64,000 nt of DNA from Lytechinus pictus (Eukaryota): positions 8,990,001 to 9,054,000 of the forward strand of contig NC_087257.1 in the NCBI RefSeq assembly GCF_037042905.1, in the 5' to 3' direction. Numbering within the stretch: the first letter of the stretch is position 1; each line of letters starts with the position of its first letter. Below the pieces are notes generated by a model. It saw nothing but the letters and a program-made list of their open reading frames with translations. It was not told the origin of the DNA and ran no database searches. Made by a program: the position numbers and the translations under genes. Below are positions 12,749 through 25,600 of the stretch, piece by piece.

Positions 12749-13050
12749 GGAAGCACCGTGGTGTAGCGGTTCTGATTCTCGCCTTGTGATCAGAGGGTCG
12801 TGTGTTCGAATCGTTCAAATCCCACCATATGGCCTAGCGTCCTTTGGCAAGGTATCAATCCACACTTTGTCACTCTCACCCAGGTGCTAATTGGGTACCG
12901 GTAGGAAACAACCGTCATTTCGGTTGGTTAGCAGGTGTGCGCCTAACAGGCTGCTAAAAAGTTATGAATCGAGTCATTTGACCGCGGGTAATAATAAATT
13001 ATTTTGAAGTGCGTTTTGAGCAGTCGTAGATTGATAAAGCACTTTATAAA
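12749..13050 (+). mobile_element. tRNA-derived SINE (diverged)
   Basis: A box TGGTGTAGCGG, B box GTTCGAATC, CACCCAGGTG...GGGTACC core. Confidence 0.75.
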
Positions 13051-14451
13051 AACCAATTGTAATTAAAATCTCAGTATAATTATGCATGACTGAATCTCTC
13101 AATATTTCTGTGATTAACTTAAATATTACATCTCCATATGTTCATCTATATTTTAAGGTGATCTTCAAATACACTGTTTTTTCATGACAGGTGCATGCTC
13201 TGCTAAATAACCTGCAATACTGCATTAAGGTGAATTGCAAGAAAATTACATCCATAAGTCGACTTGATGGACGACCAAACGATATCGTGTAGGCCGAGTC
13301 TTGCAATTTATTATTGCAAATTTGACATTTACTCCTGTTATAATAAAACAAATAACAGTTTTAAGCTTCTTAAATCATTGATTGACTGATATAGAAATTG
13401 CATTTGTTATCATAACAAGCCTTTATGAACGGGACCGGAACGGAACCCTGCATGGTCACTGCTTCTGGGGTATATAATGATTTGATATACATAAGGTCGA
13501 TTTATGATCAATATTGCAAATTTGCCACTAGGATGGAAATAATAAGTTTTTTTAATGCTTTATTAATAGCGATCATCAAGAATCACAATATTTATTATGA
13601 AGATTGGCATGATGAAAATGTAAATACAAACAAAAACATAAAAAGAAAATTATTAAGAATAAAACCAGGGGGAAACACCGTAAACTTGACAGCAATTTTA
13701 TACTGTATACCGGTATTTACTCTTCATCTTCTTCCGTTGAGAACAGTCCTCTTTATCATTATAGGCCCGTTTTACTTGCAATAAATTGCAAGAAAAACGG
13801 GCCTATAATGATTTTCTAAGAGAGGTGCTCTTCATTTCCGAATAAAGGGGATTTTTTTCTCGGGGAGAGGGTTTCACTCCCGAATGAAGGTGGGTATTTG
13901 TTCCAGAAAAATTTGACAAGCAAAAAAAAAATCACTCCCGAATAAAAGTAATTTTGCTCAAACCCCTCCAAAAAAAGAGAGAAATTTAATTTTCGCGTAT
14001 GTGTTAATTTGGTAAACAAAACATATATGACATACATTATAGCATATACCAACCAATTTTCCAGGGGGTGATACAGTGGCCGCGGAACGGTTTTCAAAGT
14101 GGGGGCTGACCATGCATAAAATCATAATCATAATGTAATTTTTACGTTTTTGTACACGGTTTTGAAAAAAAAAAAAGTAGGGGGCTGAAGCCCCCAGCCC
14201 CCCCCCCCGCTTCCGCGGCCCCTGATGATGTGTGCACCCCTATGTCCATGCACCCTTATGAGTTTTGGGAGCTTCGGCACCCCCAATACCCACTCTACCC
14301 ACAGGGCCGTGGCATATAGCATTATCTCAGTTTTTTTTTTTTTTTTTACTTTGAAGAATGTTTATCTTGACTTTTATTATGAATGTTATTATTGTATTTT
14401 TCTTAGTTTTTACTTTATGGACGTATATATGTTAGTAGTTAATTTTCTTAA

Positions 14452-16062
14452 AGGGGAATGAAACCTTTGGAAAATCTGGAATTGTGTGGAAACAGAAAAA
14501 TCAAAGAATAAGAACAAAGAAAATTTGAGAAAAATCGGACAAATAATGAGAAAGTTATGAGCATTTGAATATTGCGATCAGCATTAATGCTATGGAGATC
14601 CTCCCATTGGCAATGCGACAAAGATGTGAGTTGTCACATGTGAACAACTTTCCTTTGGTGGACCGTCCCCCAAATGTCCCTTTTTGCGCTTTCTTATGAT
14701 GATACAAACTCTTTATCCATAATGTATTCTTTGAAAATTTGTATTAATTACATGCCCTCATATAGAAAGAATACACTGTAAAAATTATTTGGTAAACCTT
14801 TAACCAGCACGAGGGTAATTAATATGTGTCCAACCAATTTGGGGCAGTATTTTACCCAATGCAGGAAGCATATTGTCTAGTAAGGTCAAAAAATAAGCAG
14901 CAATTACTTTAGAATGGGCAAAATTTTCATCACATTGGATAATTAAAAATGCCCAAATTAAATACCCAATGTTGGTTGAACACATAATTACCCACATGGA
15001 GCATTTTTACCCAATGTTTTTAGCGTGATCTACTGATAGATGTGATAAAAGAGCAGGAGGCAGTTTAGTACTGGGAGAGTTGTTCACAAGTGACATCACA
15101 CATCTCTATTTGTCGCATTGCCAATAAGAGAATCTCATAATGGTTAGTTTCGGTCATGTTCGCTCATTTGGTTTACGTAGCAGACGATGCTAGCCTGCCA
15201 GTATATAGTAAACTTACGCAGACCCTATTATAAATCAAAATCAATTCCGGACTCGATATTTGTTTCCTCAAACTGTAGCTATATTATAAATATCAGTAGG
15301 CAAAGCTTAATAGTACAAGAACTATATTACTTTAAACATTAAATGCGTTAATTAAGTTTGTTTCAATCAATTGTTTTAAATGAAAAGGGTCTAGGAACGA
15401 AAACTATCATACGTTAGTCACGTGACGTTGTACACAGAAATATATCATGTTCTGCCTGCTCGATCTCAAAGTTTGGGAGAAAAATTAGATGTAACCATTA
15501 TACCAGTCATAAAGTATTATACACCAAACTGTAGGTAATCTGTTTAGCATTGAGATGACAATCAATCTCGACCTTTTTTACCCTTAGTGATATTCCAGTG
15601 GGAAAACAAAAGTGCCAGCGTCTAGAAAATATGGATGGATTTAGACCGTTTGCCATAACAAGAGTTGTGAACATGGATTTTTTCAAATGAACAGCGAGAC
15701 GTAAATAGTGAATTAAATGTAATAATATTGACATCAAATCAATGGAATATTGGATAAAATTTTCACACTATCATCAATCTGGTGTGAGATTATTAATAGT
15801 TATAAAGATATACCCGGATTTCTGCAATATTACGTTCATGAAAACCACTGTTCCCTGTTTTGAAGCTGTGTGTGGGGACTTCCGGACACTCAAATGCACG
15901 CGACTAACCATTATGCATATAGCATTCAGTGGTGATCGCAATATTCACATGCTCATAACTTTCTCATTATTTGTCCGATTTCTTTCAAACTTTCGTTGAT
16001 CCGTTTCTTTGATTTTTTTGTTTTCACACAAGCTATCTTGTTCTAAAGGTTTATATTTTCCT
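14452..16062. mobile_element. Kolobok-type element with long TIRs and nested insertions
   Basis: AGGGGAATGAAACCTTT...ATATTGCGATCA is inverted at the right end; TTAA flanks at 14448-51 and 16063-66. Confidence 0.72.
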
Positions 16063-16524
16063 TTAACCTATAACTGTTGCATAAAACTTTTCCTTTTTAT
16101 TATTTATCCTATATTTTGGGACTCATTGTATTTCTGTGTTTGCATTCGAGTCTATTTGTATGAAAATCTTAATTTCTGACATATATTTTATGTGTCTCCA
16201 TTCAAACTGTGGTCAAGGGGCCTGTTGACAGGATAAGGTTGATGAAATATGCACCTTCAGTTGATTTTGTTACCAATGTAAATACGCTTATTATAGTAGT
16301 TTTTCTTTTTAATCATGACATAGAATAAAAATTGTAGTGAATTTATAATCTTTGATGGACCTTCTTTTGACTATTTTTTATTTTTCTATGTTTATTTATT
16401 TTTTTTTAAATAAAAATAAACATTTCGTCAGGGTTGAACTTTCTGAAGCGAGAATGATGTTTATCACACACACATAGAAAATCTTAATTTTGCCCTTTTG
16501 GCTGCCCATATAATAGGTACGCGA

Positions 16525-16564
16525 AGCAACATAGCAACGCGAAGTGCTCGTGTATTTGTTTACA
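16525..16564 (+). promoter_or_regulatory. putative RFX X-box half site plus FOXJ1-type forkhead site of the SPAG6 promoter
   Basis: AGCAACATAGCAAC (16525-38) and TGTTTAC (16557-63), about 100-135 nt upstream of the ATG. Confidence 0.5.
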
Positions 16565-16660
16565 GGCGAGGGAATCACAAACAGGGACTCCTCACAGAGC
16601 TACGGAAATTTATATGATAAACAGCTTTAAATCACAGGAAAACCTTAATCAAAGGAAATC

Positions 16661-16685
16661 ATGAGTTCAAGACAAGTATTGCAAG
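16661..16685 (+). CDS. SPAG6: SPAG6 exon 1 (MSSRQVLQ)
   Basis: aaatcATG start, donor GTAATT, phase 1 matches exon 2. Confidence 0.88.
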
Positions 16686-19600
16686 GTAATTATGATTCAT
16701 GCATGTTTTTTAAAGGTATCTAATCGAGTCGAGAAGCCGCGGCGCGGCCACCAGTTGATCGTCTTGCATGCCTTGGCTTGGCCATTGCTACGGCACAGGA
16801 CCGATCCCCTCCGCCTAACTTTCGGGTAGGCCTACCGCAAGCCGCAAGTGCGGGTTCATGAACGTGACAACGTCGACTGCAGCTGCAATGCGAGCGAGCT
16901 ACATTTCCGATCGAGATGAATAACTCATCAATGTCCCGTCAGAAACTAGAGCCTGCCCTTGCCGAGAATGATCTTGATATTGTTGGTGTAAAAAACACCC
17001 GATGTGGCTATCCATGGACCATGCCACAGTCAATCCCGTGTAATTTAGGCAGCATTGCACACAACTTCAAGAAAATGAATGATGAACAATGTCAATGACG
17101 TGTCATGTCTCATGAATGTCAATGATGAAGTTGTGTAGATCTAGTCTTGTCCTTTTTTACTTTTGAGTTCTTTGACTTTGTCCTTATGATTTTTTGTTTT
17201 ATTTGGCTGTAACTTGTACTTGTATTTGTAAGTTGTAGCCTTTCTCTTGATTTCAGTGGTTATGGTAGTGTAGCGGTCGCGCCCCCAGCTTGACCACTAG
17301 GTTGATACCTGAAGCTAAGAATATAAGGAATAAGTCACCTACCAGTAGTTTTCTGGAGTGAGGTCCTTAGTTCCTGTCTATTCCGTGTGAGTTCAGCTTC
17401 AAATACAATGAGCCAAGGGATCCAACGTCCTCCAGCGTCTAAAAGGGGTCCAGCGCCATCTCCCGGTGGAAGACCTATATGGGGGGTGGGGTGACTTACT
17501 ACAACAGTCCCCCCCGTTCTATAAAACTCGGTCCCTCGAGTTTCCAACCCAAATGGACGCTATCCAAACCAGACACCAGGCAGAGGGAGGAAAAAATTCT
17601 CCACTCCCTATAGGCACCCCAACCAGGAGACCTTATCTCCCGGCTGGGCATGAGTAAATACAAGCCCTTTTAAAAATTCCCTTTGGTCTTTTATGTACAC
17701 AATGCTCCTTAAAATTTGGCAAAAAGTACTTATGCAGCATTGTTCTGTCCCAAGTCTGCATTCCCAAAATTAATTATAATTTGCTACCCGTAATTAGCCA
17801 TAAACATATTCCGTTCTTTTATAAATAAAAACTCCAAAACTATCCAAAACACTTGGCACAACTGTGCTAAAAACTTGTTCAACACTTTAAACTTTAAAAA
17901 CCCGTAACATGAAAACGGTAAAAACCCGTAATAACACCTAAAAACCTAGAGTTTTGAGGTTCTTTAAAAAACCCATACAAAACATATAGAACAATGGTAT
18001 ATATATATAAAAATATAAAACCCATACAAAAACCCATATCCCAGGAGGGTCCCCCCTTCCCAGAAAGCTCCACTTTCCCATAGCAGTGGGCTGCCGCTGG
18101 CCCTCCCCTGTCGAGGCACCATCTTACCCGGGCTGTGCAACACATAGCATTCCCGTTCGGTTGAGAGACTGGAGCACCAGTACCCAACCTAGGTCCCCCA
18201 GGTGCAGGAAGGGGGCGTCAGCGCTGCCATTATGCGAAAAAGGGCCATTTAAAACACTCCCCTCCAAAGCGGACCATGAAGCATTTCCTACATGGCCTAA
18301 ATATACAAAAAAGATAGACGAAAACAACGAACACAACAGACACAAAGAGGAGGCGACTCGGCTGGTCCCTCCCGTACAGAAAAACATATAGGGTCCTAAA
18401 CGCGCTAAGCTAACCCAAAAATGCAAAGGGAATCGAAATCCCTTCGTGACAAATGGAGGACAGATCTCCTCCAGTCCCTTTTTTCCTCACTACACCCCAT
18501 AGAGTGCCAGATGGTTAATCCTAGCTCGCTCCATGAGGGTGAGAAACCTTATCCGCCAGGCTGAGGTGACAAGCTCTCCCACCTCGCTAGTGAACCCAGG
18601 GTAGGAACCTTCTCCTGTTCCACCCGTAACGGGTCGATGGGCAGCTGCCCATCGGTAACGCCCACTGGCCTCACCCTGACCGACTTGTACTGGACTGGCT
18701 CCACCTACAAGCTGAACCATTAGCCCCAATAGTACGGCTGCTTGCCTGTAATTCGGTAGAGGAACCGCGATCCAGGTGAACCCATTTTTCAACAGGGAGC
18801 GATCCCATCTCCCTTCCCTTCAATTTTTTTTTTAGTTTCCCCCAGCACCTCAGAGCAGGTTACCTTAAGGTGCCTATCAGATGGGTTCTGTTTTCCCAGC
18901 CCTGTAAACCGAACCGGGAACTAGGAGCAGTAAACCATCCTAAGGGTTAAACATGAAATCCTCTAAACGTTGGTCTATAATGCCGGTGATCCGCTTGACT
19001 GCATTCGGAGGAACAATTACCCGCTTGTGCAAATGAACCCGGGCAATCTGCCGCCCAGGGTCATCACTATACCAAAGTGGAATCCTCTGACCTCCCAACT
19101 GCATATGCGGATCTAGGAGGTGAATCGCAGCCTTGCGCTTGCTGAGGAAATCTAATCCCAGGAGCATATGATCAGCTATAGGGGCTACATATACTTCCTC
19201 CGAGAACGTCTGGTTCCCAAGCTCTATTGAAAGGGGACCGACAATTGTCCCTCTCATCTTCATATCCCGTCCCGCTGCATGTAGGATCACTTCTCTCAGT
19301 TTAGGGGGCTTGGGGTCCAGTGACTGCAGGAGCCTATCCGAGATGATGGACACCTCGGCTGCGGTATCTACAACTGCGCTTACTGGCTGCCCCCCTATAA
19401 CAACTGAGACCTTGAGAGTAGAGCGCGACTCCAACCTACACACCACTACCTCTTCAATCTCGCTTGCACACCCAAGCCCAGGGAGAGCATCTGGAACTGA
19501 TTCCAGAATGGCTTCACCCAGGTCTGATATTCGGGTGTTCGAGGGAACTGGATCCCTCGCCGCAGCCTCTACATAAGTAGCTATTCCGGTTACATTATTC

Positions 19601-22600
19601 CCTGGGACTATCAGGCGCTCTGACACGCCCTCTGTTATTCCTTCAGATGAGCCTACAGATGGCCCCTCTGAGCTGCTTGCTAGCTTGGAACCCTCTATTT
19701 GGCCTCTGGCGGTGGGGGCCGGGGGCTGGCCAGCTCCTCCGACCCGCTGGAGTTTTCCTCCTCCTGGTCCCCTACAAAGGAAACTTGTACCTTGGCCCTG
19801 TTTTCCTGGACCGAAGGACAATTGTTCCTGTAGTAGCCAATCCCGCCGCACTCATAGCACCGGTCCCGACCAGGTGACCTCCCGCGTTCACGCGCTGGTT
19901 GGGGCCTAGTCTGGATAGCCTCCAGGACCTTCTTGAGGTCCCGTTCCAAACCACCCAGACGCTGCAGATCCCGCTCGATGTGGCCCAAGCGTTCATCGGT
20001 CTTGCGTTCTAGGTTCACCAACCTTCGATCAAGGGCTGCATTGTTCGCCTCCCCTTCAGCCTTACAAGAGGATTGGGGCAGTTCCACTTTACGGACCTCC
20101 CCTTCATTAGCCTTAGACACTGCCTTGGGACGCCCGTACATTGCGCGGTGCACGTGTTGGTGCCACTCAATATACTTAAGTGCCTCATTAACAGTTGACG
20201 GATTACGCGTAAGCGCATGGCACCCCGCCTCTCGGTTGAGGGCGCCCTGGCACAAGCGAAGGACCGCCTGTCTATTCGGGTAAGGGCCATCGACCCCTGG
20301 GAAAGCACGCGTCGCTAGCCGGAGCACCCGGTCGGCCCAGTCTGGCAGGGATTCAGTGGGTCCCTGCTTTGCTGCCACAAACTCCAGCTGAGCAGATTCA
20401 GAGAGCCCTTCCTCCCCGAACCTGTGCTGCAGCCGGGCCACTAGACCTGAATATGGCATATTGGGCTCTTGGTCTAGGACCATTAACAGATAATCTTCTG
20501 CCTTCCCTTTCAGGCCCCAGTATAGCTGGCTAACGCGCTCTGTGGCATTCCAATTATGGTGATCAGCAAAGGGGGAGAACTTCCTAAAGAAAGCCCTCCA
20601 GTTACCCTTGCCGTCGAAAGTGAGGGACTTTGGCAGCGTGTAATATGGTAACCCACCGCCAGTCCCCCTTCCCGAGGAAGCACTAGAGTTCGCAGGTGAC
20701 GCAGCCGGGCTACTAGGCGGCGAAGACGAACTGTACTGGGCTGGGCGTGTCATACCCGCCCGCACATTCCTTGCGCTGAAATCTGGGGTAGGGGGTGGGG
20801 CCAAGGAGCCCCTTCCTTCACCTACCTTGGACCTCATGGCTACCGCTTGCTTGGTGGTGGGGTCATCGCCCCCAGACCATTTGCTTGAATCGCCACTCGC
20901 CTGCATAAGTCTATTGACAGAGGCACCATTAGCCTCCTCGCCAACTAGATTCCTGAGCCTAAACCTAGGCTCTACACCACTCCCCATATCTCCCCCTCTG
21001 GTGCTTGGGGGCTCATGCCCCCGCTCCTCCCGGAAGTGAGATGAGCTGGTGCCCCAGGACCCACTAGACTGGTTACTTTGACTTGACCTAGGGGGCTGGT
21101 GTTGGTCATAGGGGTAAACACCCCTGGAACCTGCCACCCCATTCAGGTCAGACTCGCTACGGGTGCCCGCAGTGAGGCGCCCCCTAGGGGTAATAAAAAT
21201 ACTGCCCTCTACCCCCTGGGTGCCCCCCGAAAAGTCTACTCTTTGTGCTAGCTCCCTATTGCTGCATAGCGCTGGGCTGCTTTCGAAAAGCTCGGGGGTT
21301 ATCTCCCCATGATCAAGTCTAATCCCCTGGATTATCCCTGCTAGAGCTGGACTTAGCCCTAGCAACCTAAACTCCTCAAAGGAGCACACATTAATGGGGA
21401 TTTTCTCTTCCCCGTCCATGTTGTGCTTACCCTAATTGGTGTTATCCTAGCAAGGTTCAGTTAGGCCCAATACTGAGCCCAACCAAACCCCTGTTGAAAT
21501 TATCCAAAAGCTATTCTAAAACTAGGTCTCAACCTATCTTATTAAATTCTTTCTTTTATTTCCTTTTGGCAACTAAATTACAAAAAGGTCCAAATGTATA
21601 CCCCAATCAGTTTATGGTTAGGCACAATAATAAGCCCGACCAAAAACCTACTTAAATTTATCTGAAAGTGGTCCCAATAAATTCTTTTATTTTTTTTTTT
21701 AGCAACTAAAATTATAAAAACCGGTAAAGAGTCCAAAATTATACCTTTAACAGTCAATGGTTAGGCACAGTGATAAGCCCGACCAAAAACCTGCTAAAGT
21801 TATCCAAAAAAGCTATCCCAAAAAATTAGGTCCAAATGCAGACCCAATTTATTTTATAACAATTCTTTTATTTTTAGCAACTAAAATTATAAAACCGGTA
21901 TAAGTCCAAAAATATACCTTTAACAGTTAATGGTTTGGCACAGTAATTAGCCCGACCAAAAAACCTGCTAAAGTTATCCAAAAAGCTATCCCAAAAAATT
22001 AGGTCCCAAAGCAAACCCAATTTATGGTATAAAATTCGTTTTATTTTCTTTTTAGCAACTAACACCCGGTAAAGAGTCTAAAAATATACCTTTAACAGTT
22101 AATGGTTAGGCACAGTAATTAGCCCGACCAAAACCTGCTAAAGTTATCCAAAAAAGCTATCCCCAAAAAATTAGGTCCAAATGCAGACCCAATTTATTTT
22201 ATAACAATTCTTTTATTTTTAGCAACTAAAATTATAAGACCGGTATAAGTCCAAAAATATACCTTTAACAGTTAATGGTTAGGCACAGTAATTAGCCCGA
22301 CCAAAAAACCTGCTAAAGTTATCCAAAAAAGCTATCCCCAAAAATTAGGTCCAAAAGCAAACCCAATTTATGGTATAAAATTCGTTTTATTTTCTTTTTA
22401 GCAACTAACAACCGGTGAAGAGTCCAAAATTATACCTTTAACAGTCAATGGTTAGGCACAGCGATAAGCCTGACCAAAAACCTGCTAAAGTTATCCAAAA
22501 AACTATCCCAAAAAATTAGGTCCAAATGCGAACCCAATTTATGGTATAAAAGTCTAGCTTTTATTATTAATTAGATTAGTTTAGTTGTTGCTAATAGTTT

Positions 22601-25600
22601 GCACTATCACTGCCAAAAAGAATAATTGTAGCTCTAAAAATATTTATATTAACCTCTAAGCCTAACTTGTCTTTTATTAATTTACCTATTTATTTTATTA
22701 ATCCTCGAAGCTGGTTCTGTCCTCAATCACGCTAGTGACTAGTGCCCGCTCACACCACAGACAAATTACATGTACTTATTCACATACACAGTCACCCCAC
22801 ACTCTCTCCAAAAAAAAATTTCTTTCTTTTATTTATTTGGCAACGGACTCCCCGCTACAACGAGTGGGTGGGTCCACACGCAACACAACGCGACACACAG
22901 GCACCCAAAACCAACCTATTAGGTATGCAATACACAACCAATGGCCGTGCACAGTTGCACTGGATCTAACGTCAAACCCGGAAATGATCGGGCGGTCTAA
23001 CGTTAGGTCTCGATAATGACCGTGAATTCTACCCAGCTTCGAGTACAAAACGTTCCCCCAAAATTTGGACAAAACACCCTAAAACACCACACAAAATTCA
23101 AAATATCCGAAATAGGCAGGCGAGAGAGGATTGGGATAATGCCCTACCTTTGTTGGTCAGTCTGGCTTCCCGTCCTACTCGCCCAAATAATCGCCGTTGT
23201 TTACCCGTATATGTGCGATGGATTGGTCCGGCCTGACGTCAGTTCGGATCTCAAACTAGACCCAAACGTTGAGCCGACGATGTAAAACAAGATGGCGCCG
23301 GTCGGTGGCAGAGAGAACCAATAATATCTCTCCGCCAATAGATCGCCGTGAAATCTTGGATCGGGCCGCGCGCTTTTACCTAGCCGGAACACACACACTC
23401 TTACGCACCTCCCACCCCAACAAAAATAGTTCACTCACAAATCACTCGCAAAACGACACAAAAATCATCCAAACACCCAAAATCACAAGCAAATCACACA
23501 ATCACACCAACGTGAAACACAGTCCACAACTAAAAACGGATATTAAAGCACAAAACTAAAACAAACTCACAACACAACAACACGTGTGTTCTCCCCCCTT
23601 TTCTGGAAATTTCCGTCACGGGACCGGAACTACCATCAGTCCCCGCGACGAAAACCTTACCAAAAAAGACAGGGGACGATTGCCTAAATATGTCCCAAAT
23701 CAAGATTTAACCTCTCAATTCAGGACAATCGCAAACATGAAACAAGGGACAATATTCATAGAATATACGCAATACGACAAGGCTCTGAATCTAGCCTTAT
23801 CAACTGTAATTAGCCCAATCTAAAACTGATTTCTCGTACTCGAGCGGCGACCATTTCCCCCCACGCAGCGGGGCATAGGGATTTGCTCGTCCGATGCGCA
23901 ATAGGGGGCCGTTAGCTCGCCGCGAGACAATTATACCCCAATTAATTTCAATAATTTGGCCTAAAATGCCCACAAAAGCAGGCACAGTCAGGCTCGCAGC
24001 GCCACTGTAGCGGTCGCGCCCCCAGCTTGACCACTAGGTTGATACCTGAAGCTAAGAATATAAGGAATAAGTCACCTACCAGTAGTTTTCTGGAGTGAGG
24101 TCCTTAGTTCCTGTCTATTCCGTGTGAGTTCAGCTTCAAATACAATGAGCCAAGGGATCCAACGTCCTCCAGCGTCTAAAAGGGGTCCAGCGCCATCTCC
24201 CGGTGGAAGACCTATATGGGGGGTGGGGTGACTTACTACAACAGTAGAGTCTGGTAGATTATTGCACTGTTGAAAACCACAGGGAGTGTGCATTTGTCCA
24301 AGTTAGCCTAATGATACAACTTGGACCAGCATTTAACATCGTAATTCATAAGACATGAAACTAAGAGCAATCAAGTTAAATAAAATGCCTTGCTAAATTG
24401 CTTGCTGTACTATAACAGAAGACAAATGGATCTTGATCAACAATTAAGATTGGGAGCCATGGAGTTTTTTGTAGGACCGACCCTATCAATTTTTGAATAT
24501 TCTTGAATAAAACAAGCATATAATAGGCCTAATCGATGGTGTAACGGTACTTATTCCCTGTACCTTTAAATACAGCAGTTTCATTTGAATTCAAAAGTGA
24601 TTAATTGTCTTCCTTTTTTTTTCTTTTCTGCTTTGCAGTGTTTGAGCAATATCAGAAAGCTCGGACCACATTTGTACAGACAGTTGCAGAGCTTGCATCA
24701 AGACCACAGAATATTGAAACTTTACAAAATGCAGGTAAGTTTAAAGCGTTATTAGACAGAAAATCTCCAATATGATTTCAGAATTCCCTTTGCTTTTCTT
24801 CCTACTAGACTTTGTGTAAAATACAGCAGTTCAAGAGTTTTAATCCTCTATTTCAAAGTCGGAAAAAGAAAACAAATGATTAAAGAAGTACCGTATTTTT
24901 CGGTATATAAACCGCGGCCGTGTATTAACCGCACCCCCAAAATCGGGAGCCTAAAAAAAAAATTTAAAAAAATTGGCACATTTAGATGTTGGCATTTGGG
25001 GTATTATCACTACCAACCAATTAAAAGACCAAAACATATATTACTAATTTTTGCATTTATAAAAATGGTTACTTTATTCTTTAACTTTATTTTTCAAATA
25101 TAAACTATTTCTTTGTAGCATAAAGAAAAAAAAGACCATGAAATGGCAGTATTGTGTATCAAACGTATAGTCTAAAGACGGAAAAAGAAAAAAAAATGTT
25201 GAGAGAAACTGAGGTAAAAAAAACGAAGAATAGAGGACATTATTTATTGCCCGTTTTCTAAACGATTACGATTACGATCGATTACGATTAGATGCCTATT
25301 GTAAAGCATTTTCCATGCATTTTTTAGGTGTAAAAAAATAAGTTTTCATTACAAAACAGCCAGGGTTTTTTAAAGGAAAACAGTCAGTCTGCAAGCCCAG
25401 AAAAAGTTGCTTCTTTTATCCAAGTGATATTCATGACTAGAGGGTTTTTGCATAGTTAATGAGCTTGGTGCAAACCAAAACACCTCTTTTTATTCGGCCA
25501 TTGCTGCTCTAAATATTGACCAAATTTCATGTTTTTGGTATCTTTGTAAAGAAGAAGAATCATTCTTTCAGATCATGTGTTTGGATTTTTAAAAGAATGT

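Larger units (their letters stand above)
17269..24243 (-). mobile_element. Ty3/Gypsy-type LTR retrotransposon, non-autonomous (gag + protease only), in SPAG6 intron 1
   Basis: Identical 238-bp LTRs at 17269..17506 and 24006..24243 (TG...CA); GTAG TSD at 17265-68 and 24244-47; PBS TGGCGCTGCGAGC; G-rich PPT next to the 3' LTR; gag and protease ORFs. Confidence 0.96.

Noticed and set aside
18124-18792. env or nuclease gene in the retroelement 3' region
   Set aside because: No signal peptide/transmembrane architecture or intact catalytic motif could be supported.
19310-21039. Plus-strand and alternate-frame ORFs inside gag/pro
   Set aside because: Shadow ORFs of GC-rich coding sequence.
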